A stretch of DNA of 64,000 bases from Bigelowiella natans CCMP2755 (Eukaryota; Protista; Cercozoa): positions 62,001 to 126,000 of the forward strand of contig ADNK01002140.1 of NCBI GenBank assembly GCA_000320545.1, in the 5' to 3' direction. The translations under genes were made by a program, and so were the position numbers. The notes beneath the pieces are model-generated. The model worked only from the letters and a program-made list of their open reading frames with translations, did not search any database and was not told where the DNA came from. Positions 58,724 through 64,000 of the stretch are shown piece after piece; position 1 is the stretch's first letter; the number at the start of each line of letters is the position of its first letter.

Positions 58724-60703
58724 ATGAGTTCTTCGGATGTTGATAGTCGTCGATGGACGCGACAGGCTTCCCGTGTCTTCTCTCATTTCGGCATAGTGGG
58801 GATAGCGTGTTGTCTTATGGGGGTATTGGCGACAAAGGTGGTGGTCAGCCAAAGGGGAGGATGCCCTTCTTTTTCTTCTTCTTCCATCTTCAGAGAAGGA
58901 AGGATAGGCTTTGCAGAAGCAAGGTTTACAATTAAACGATAACACCATAAAAGTGATGATGACAATTGCATAAAATTTTGCCATGTTTTTTTTAAAAAAG
59001 GATGTTACAGTTTTAGACATTCTCTTTGTAGGTCATTATTGTCTTTAAGGCCGCCATCAAGAGCATCATCGGGGCTGCTTGGAAGAAGAGGCGGTAGAAG
59101 TTCTGGTAATGGAGGAGTAGGGTTTGCTGCTCAAAGATGCTTCTCCTCAATGTCCACTGGTGCAAGCACATGTTCTCTAAGGCAGCTCAAAGCACGAAGG
59201 TGGCTAGTTTCAGGCAATATACTAAATGCTAGGTCCCCAGATTATAATTCCGACGACCAGAACATGAAGGGGGAGAAGGATACCGAGAACGGAAATCATG
59301 ATGGTCTCAATACTAGTGAAAATGACAAGTCAGATGATAACAACAGGTACTTCTACTGCTGATTCCTGACCACTTCATCGAATCAGCACCACGTATTAGT
59401 CTACATATAATTAGAGATAAACCTTGTCTTCGTGTAGGTATCAAGATGGGGATAAAGATAACAAGCGAGGAAATGTCAACATGCCATCAAAAATTTCACA
59501 AATAAAAGCATCCGTAGCGGAAAAGTGGAGTTCAAATGTAAATGGGGAAAATCTAAAGAAAACGAAGGTGTACCTAAGCGAAAGGATAGACAAGACGAAG
59601 GACATTGTTTCGATTCAAAAACTACAGGATAATGTCAAGCCACGCCTCGGTCAGCTCAAGGAATTCTTATCGGTCAGCCTGTTCCCATTTTATTATGATA
59701 ATGCTCGTTCTCATGGCCATAGCATTTATGTATCTGTAATTTTCTCTGGATCATCCTCATGTAGGAATCATCAGATGCGCCCTGGGCAATCCCTTTCGGA
59801 GTCACAGCTGCTATGGCTTCCCTGGCAATATGGGGAGCATCCGGGGGCAACATCTACAGTAGCCGCAGTGTAGGAGGAGGTGGGGGAGGGGGTGCAGGGG
59901 ATGGAGATTACTCACATGGAACAACATTCTACGAATATGGGGGAGAGGGTGGTGGATCAAATCCATTCATGAAGTCGAGCCAAGACGACGATGACGATGA
60001 AGAAGAACAACACGGCAAATTATCTGACAACAACGTCAAAGAGACTACTGCTGTCGCCACTGCTTCTGGGGCAGCAGGAGAGAGAGCAGGAAATGATCTG
60101 ACTAAAATGGATGATGAAGGGGGAATGTCTTCTTCTAGTGCAAGTTCCAGCAATATTGCAAGGACCGTAACTCAGGCAGATGGTTCGGATATAGCCGCAG
60201 GAGTCATAGCCGACACAGCAGGAAATGTCTTTGGACAAGTTTTGCTTGCTCAGGACCTTGCGGATGTGTTAACTTCGATTAGCAATAACGTATCCTTTGA
60301 AACAGCACAGCAAATGGGGCAGGTCAAATCGACTATAGAGCTTCTTACTACCGAGGTTGCAAACTTGAAGGCTTCTTTGGAATCATTGGCAGCTACTGTG
60401 AAGGACAACCAGCAGCAGCAGCAGCAGCACAGTAGAGCTACTTTGATGAATCCACCCTCAGATACAGCAGTAGTATCTCATACATCTCCGTACGTTCCTA
60501 TCGATGCATCAAGACCAGGACCTTTTCGATGGGATGCAATGAGCAAAGCAGCTGTAGCTGCAGCGAAGAGAATTGGAGACGAAGCTGCTGAACTCTATAC
60601 CAGGGCAGGAAGCTTAATTTCAGAGAAATTATTATCGTATGAGCAGAATAGGCAGGATCCTGACACCGACCGCGAACCTGAGAATGAAATCAATGTGTAT
60701 TAG
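58724..60703 (+). CDS. Unknown protein with bipartite (signal + transit-like) N-terminus and coiled coil, spliced
   Basis: Exons follow ORFs 58559-58942, 59039-59362, 59424-59873 and 59813-60703 with GT..AG joins; coiled coil LLTTEVANLKASLESLAATVK. Confidence 0.65.
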
Positions 60704-60989
60704 CTAATGTGTGCTGGCTAAGATATAAGACACCAAGGTGCTTGAGAAAGAGAATCCTCCTTGAGTGGCGGCAGAGATATAACATGCGCTGTATGCTTAC
60801 GGTTAGGATGAGATGTGATGACAATGCGATTTTCACGATGCAATGTCAACGTGATCGCATCGGTAAAGCTATGATAATCCAACACCTTGCATGATTACCG
60901 CTGCACGCACTCTGCTGCGATGCGACTTGGCATTTTAGAAAAATAGCAGAAGCAACACTAAGGTTAGACAAAGTGCAAGCGCATGCATG

Positions 60990-61100
60990 TATGAGACAGA
61001 TGTAATGAATTGATTACATCTTTTTAATAGTCATCCTTATGTAGCTCTAGAGCTGTGCATAGCTGCAGCTACAGCACTTAAACTGTTTTTTGTTAGTTGC
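60990..61100 (+). repeat. Dispersed ~100-bp repeat, copy 2 (includes hairpin agatgtaat-gaattg-attacatct)
   Basis: gatgtaatgaattgattacatctttttaatagtcatccttatgtagct aligns with 19131-19228. Confidence 0.8.
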
Positions 61101-61882
61101 TGCAATTATGCGTTTCATGTTTGCACAGCGAAGCCCGCCGAGGCTCGACGTGCCGTATAGCCACCGGCAAATGCATGTATGCGGCAACAAGTCGGCGTCA
61201 GTGTTGGTGCAACACATAGCATAGCTAATAGGTTAAGCAGCTATGTCTAGATGTGTATACGATGCGCGTGTACTGCTGGCATATGGTCCGCTCTCTGTCA
61301 TTATCATAGGCATATATGGCGTGCATACGACTATCATGCTAGTCACGCAGTACTAGAGTAGTCATACAAATATCACGAACGCTAGAACGCACGCTATACG
61401 TACACTAGCACATATCGTACATCTAGCTAGACATTGTACATATCTAGATATTTATACACGTACATGTACACGTACATAATAATCAATTAAGCTAACAAAT
61501 ACACAATAAACGCTGTAGCCGTAGCTTGCACATGTACATTACTAGATTAGGTTTCTACATCGTACTGATAGAATGTAATTAATTCACTAGGCTGCATATC
61601 CGTCTCATATCATTAAGCGAACGAATGTAAGAAGCATGATGAGTATGCATCTTATAATCTAGCTTGAAGTTCTAGTCATCATACATACCATGCGCACTCT
61701 GCTGTGTATATTGGCGCTGCTACGCACACCGAAACAACCTAGCGCGATTATGCTGTGCCACGCTACGCACGCTTGTGGCGATAATAACTAGAATAATGCA
61801 GATGCCCTGCATGTGAGATTTGGAGGCAAGGTTGTCTATTTGATCTTCAAAAAAGAATTCAATTCATGATACGGTGTGTATT

Positions 61883-62728
61883 TTAACCACAATGTCCATA
61901 CGGGGGACCTTCTTCTTGAACAATCAGTGTCTCAGTCGGCCTTCCATCTCTTGGTTTGATACCTGTTATAGTTACTACCTTTTCCTCAAAAGCAATGTTT
62001 TCACTTCCATCTATCATCATTTCCAGTTCACTAAAGCCTCTTCTAAAATCGTCTTCGTCAATGTCTTCGAAGGGTCTCATACTCCGTATTGCTTCTGTCC
62101 AGTCATCGAAGGAAGTGTGGACGATTATGCTGGAGCTTTTCATTTTCACATCGAAGCCGACCTTTTGCAGACGTTCTGTGAAGAACGTCACTGGCGGATG
62201 TGATCTCTTCCAATAATCAGCTAGAAGAGGGAAGAATGGATAATGGCTGCAATCATGAGGTCGAGTGTAAATGACAAGTCTCCCGTCGGCTTTCATCTGT
62301 TGGAATAAACCGTAGAAGAAATCTGCCATTGATTTAAGTTCAACGTCAAGTGCAGGGTCGATAAGAAGCGCCCTATCAATCCAAGGATCGTGCGCTCGTT
62401 GAGAAAAGCTGAAAAAGTCTGTGGTGACCACAGTTTCCGTCGACTTCGAGTTTTCGGCATCATTATGAGACTTAGGGCTTAAGATGTTCGTTTTCTTTAT
62501 GTCAAAGCTATCGAAAAGGGATGCCATCTCGGGGTCTGATGTGAAATCAACGACGACGTTCGAATCCGTTGGAAGAATACTCTGGCGAAGAGTATTGACT
62601 TTGAAGCTTCTGAACTCCTCGTCTTGGTAAACAGACGACGAAAACTGCCGTTCCAAACACCACTTTGGACGGCGTCGTAGGAAAGCCCGGCGCATTTTCG
62701 TTGCAGCAGTGATTCTAGGGATTGCCAT
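61883..62728 (-). CDS. Class I methyltransferase-like protein with mitochondrial-type presequence, intronless
   Basis: MAIPRITAATKMRRAFLRRR presequence; DRALL...LFQQMKADGRLVIYTRP...YPFFP...LQKVGF resembles the C-terminal half of a SAM-MTase, but motif I is degenerate. Confidence 0.6.
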   Translation of the reverse strand: MAIPRITAATKMRRAFLRRRPKWCLERQFSSSVYQDEEFRSFKVNTLRQSILPTDSNVVVDFTSDPEMASLFDSFDIKKTNILSPKSHNDAENSKSTETVVTTDFFSFSQRAHDPWIDRALLIDPALDVELKSMADFFYGLFQQMKADGRLVIYTRPHDCSHYPFFPLLADYWKRSHPPVTFFTERLQKVGFDVKMKSSSIIVHTSFDDWTEAIRSMRPFEDIDEDDFRRGFSELEMMIDGSENIAFEEKVVTITGIKPRDGRPTETLIVQEEGPPYGHCG

Positions 62729-62880
62729 TGTACTTGATATCACTATAGACTTGAATCGATGGTTGGTAAATATTCGTAGTGGATGCGGTGACCAGGAGAG
62801 AGAGAGTGACGTAGGGGGTTGTGGTAGTTCATGCACCACCACTTGCGACAAGGGTTCTCAAGGGTTTTTGGCTAATACAG

Positions 62881-63560
62881 CCTTTTGATTCCCTGCGACA
62901 TCCCATATTGATTGTCGTCTTGTCACCACCGCGAAAAGGCTTGAAAATGCGTGCAGCTGCTGGCACCTCTTGATGCTGCACTGCTCTGAGCGGTCCGAGT
63001 TGTTCTACAAATCGACCACATCGCAACAGTGATCGTCGTTTCTTTGATGTGCACATTCCATGGCTAGATGTGGAGGAACACACCGTCTTGAATTCTTCAG
63101 AACCTCACAGCCACGCGATCACTAGGTCAGTCCGCGCAGAGCAGCCGGTCACGCGCAGTGAGTGCGATGTGTTCGTTGCCTTGTGGACTGACACTCCAGG
63201 ATGTTTTCTCCAGTTCTGGGACCTTCAACAACTGCACGGGCTTGCTTCGACGTCCATGGATGAGAAGTGAGACACACACATGCAATGAAGAGTTTTGTCT
63301 CGTCTAGTCGTCGCCACGTGATCACGTGTCTTGCTACTTTTTGTTTGCACGTGCACCACTCTGCATTGCAGGCAGGCGCAGCGAACGCCAGGATGCGCCA
63401 TCCATGCGCGTGGACCAGCTGTAACATTGACTGGTTCCTACACCTTGCACACACACACACACACACACACATGCACGTTGATCAGCGCGTGCGTGTCTAG
63501 ATGTGAGCATGAGCGCGATTCCATGGCCATTAGCAAGCTGGTCCACAGACATGCTAGCGC
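62881..63560. other. TpA-depleted island D
   Basis: Hand count 11 TA in 680 nt, 5 in CTAG. Confidence 0.85.
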
Positions 63561-64000
63561 ATAATGACTAGATATCGCAGAATGGAGCATGGCATGACTC
63601 GGTCATAGTATAATAGAGCGCGCACTCTCTAGCGATAGTCTCTGATTTAGCGCTTGTGATGGATAAAATTGAGGTTTCATTAAATGCGCAAGATCGTAAA
63701 CTGAAATGGCTTTCCACTAGCAGTTGAAATGCAATCTCTTGTTCATCCAATTTCTCAACGCGCTTTCAAGCTGGTGAAACACCGCAGTGTCATGATCATG
63801 ACAGCATATGTGATCATTGTCACCATCCTTCAATCGCCATCATTCCCCTCTTCACCTTGGATATATGGAGATATCTGCACGGCGGTAGAAGGTTTGAATT
63901 CGCTTATACCGGATGGGTCACGCACCTGCTTTTGCAACAATAAGGAACACAAAAAAGGTTGTCGTACTGTTATCTAATAAGGCTTAATTAAACTGTCAAC

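Overview
Eukaryotic nuclear DNA: intron-rich and microsatellite-rich, with several signal+transit-peptide-like N-termini that suggest a secondary-plastid alga such as a chlorarachniophyte (inference). It carries about 15 mostly spliced genes: multi-bromodomain protein, large low-complexity membrane protein, DUF2834-like plastid membrane protein, DUF21/CBS/CorC Mg transporter, HAD phosphatase, CLPTM1L-like scramblase, HSP20, mannitol-1-phosphate dehydrogenase-like protein, dual-specificity phosphatase, SLC25 carrier, CS-domain protein, methyltransferase-like protein and unknowns. Genes are largely arranged as alternating divergent/convergent pairs. The most striking signal is non-coding: sharply bounded 0.7-1.4 kb islands (about 8.1-9.3, 42.6-43.5, 49.6-51.0 and 62.9-63.6 kb) in which TpA is almost erased while TpG/CpA/CpG are abundant and CTAG is selectively spared. 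They coincide with a foldback element, a TSD-flanked insertion and head-to-tail gene junctions. This looks like the footprint of a repeat-targeted TpA->TpG/CpA hypermutation process, a 'reverse RIP'. Convergent intergenic spacers carry a distinctive purine-pyrimidine-alternating sequence class. Exon boundaries were read by eye and are approximate; dinucleotide counts are hand counts.
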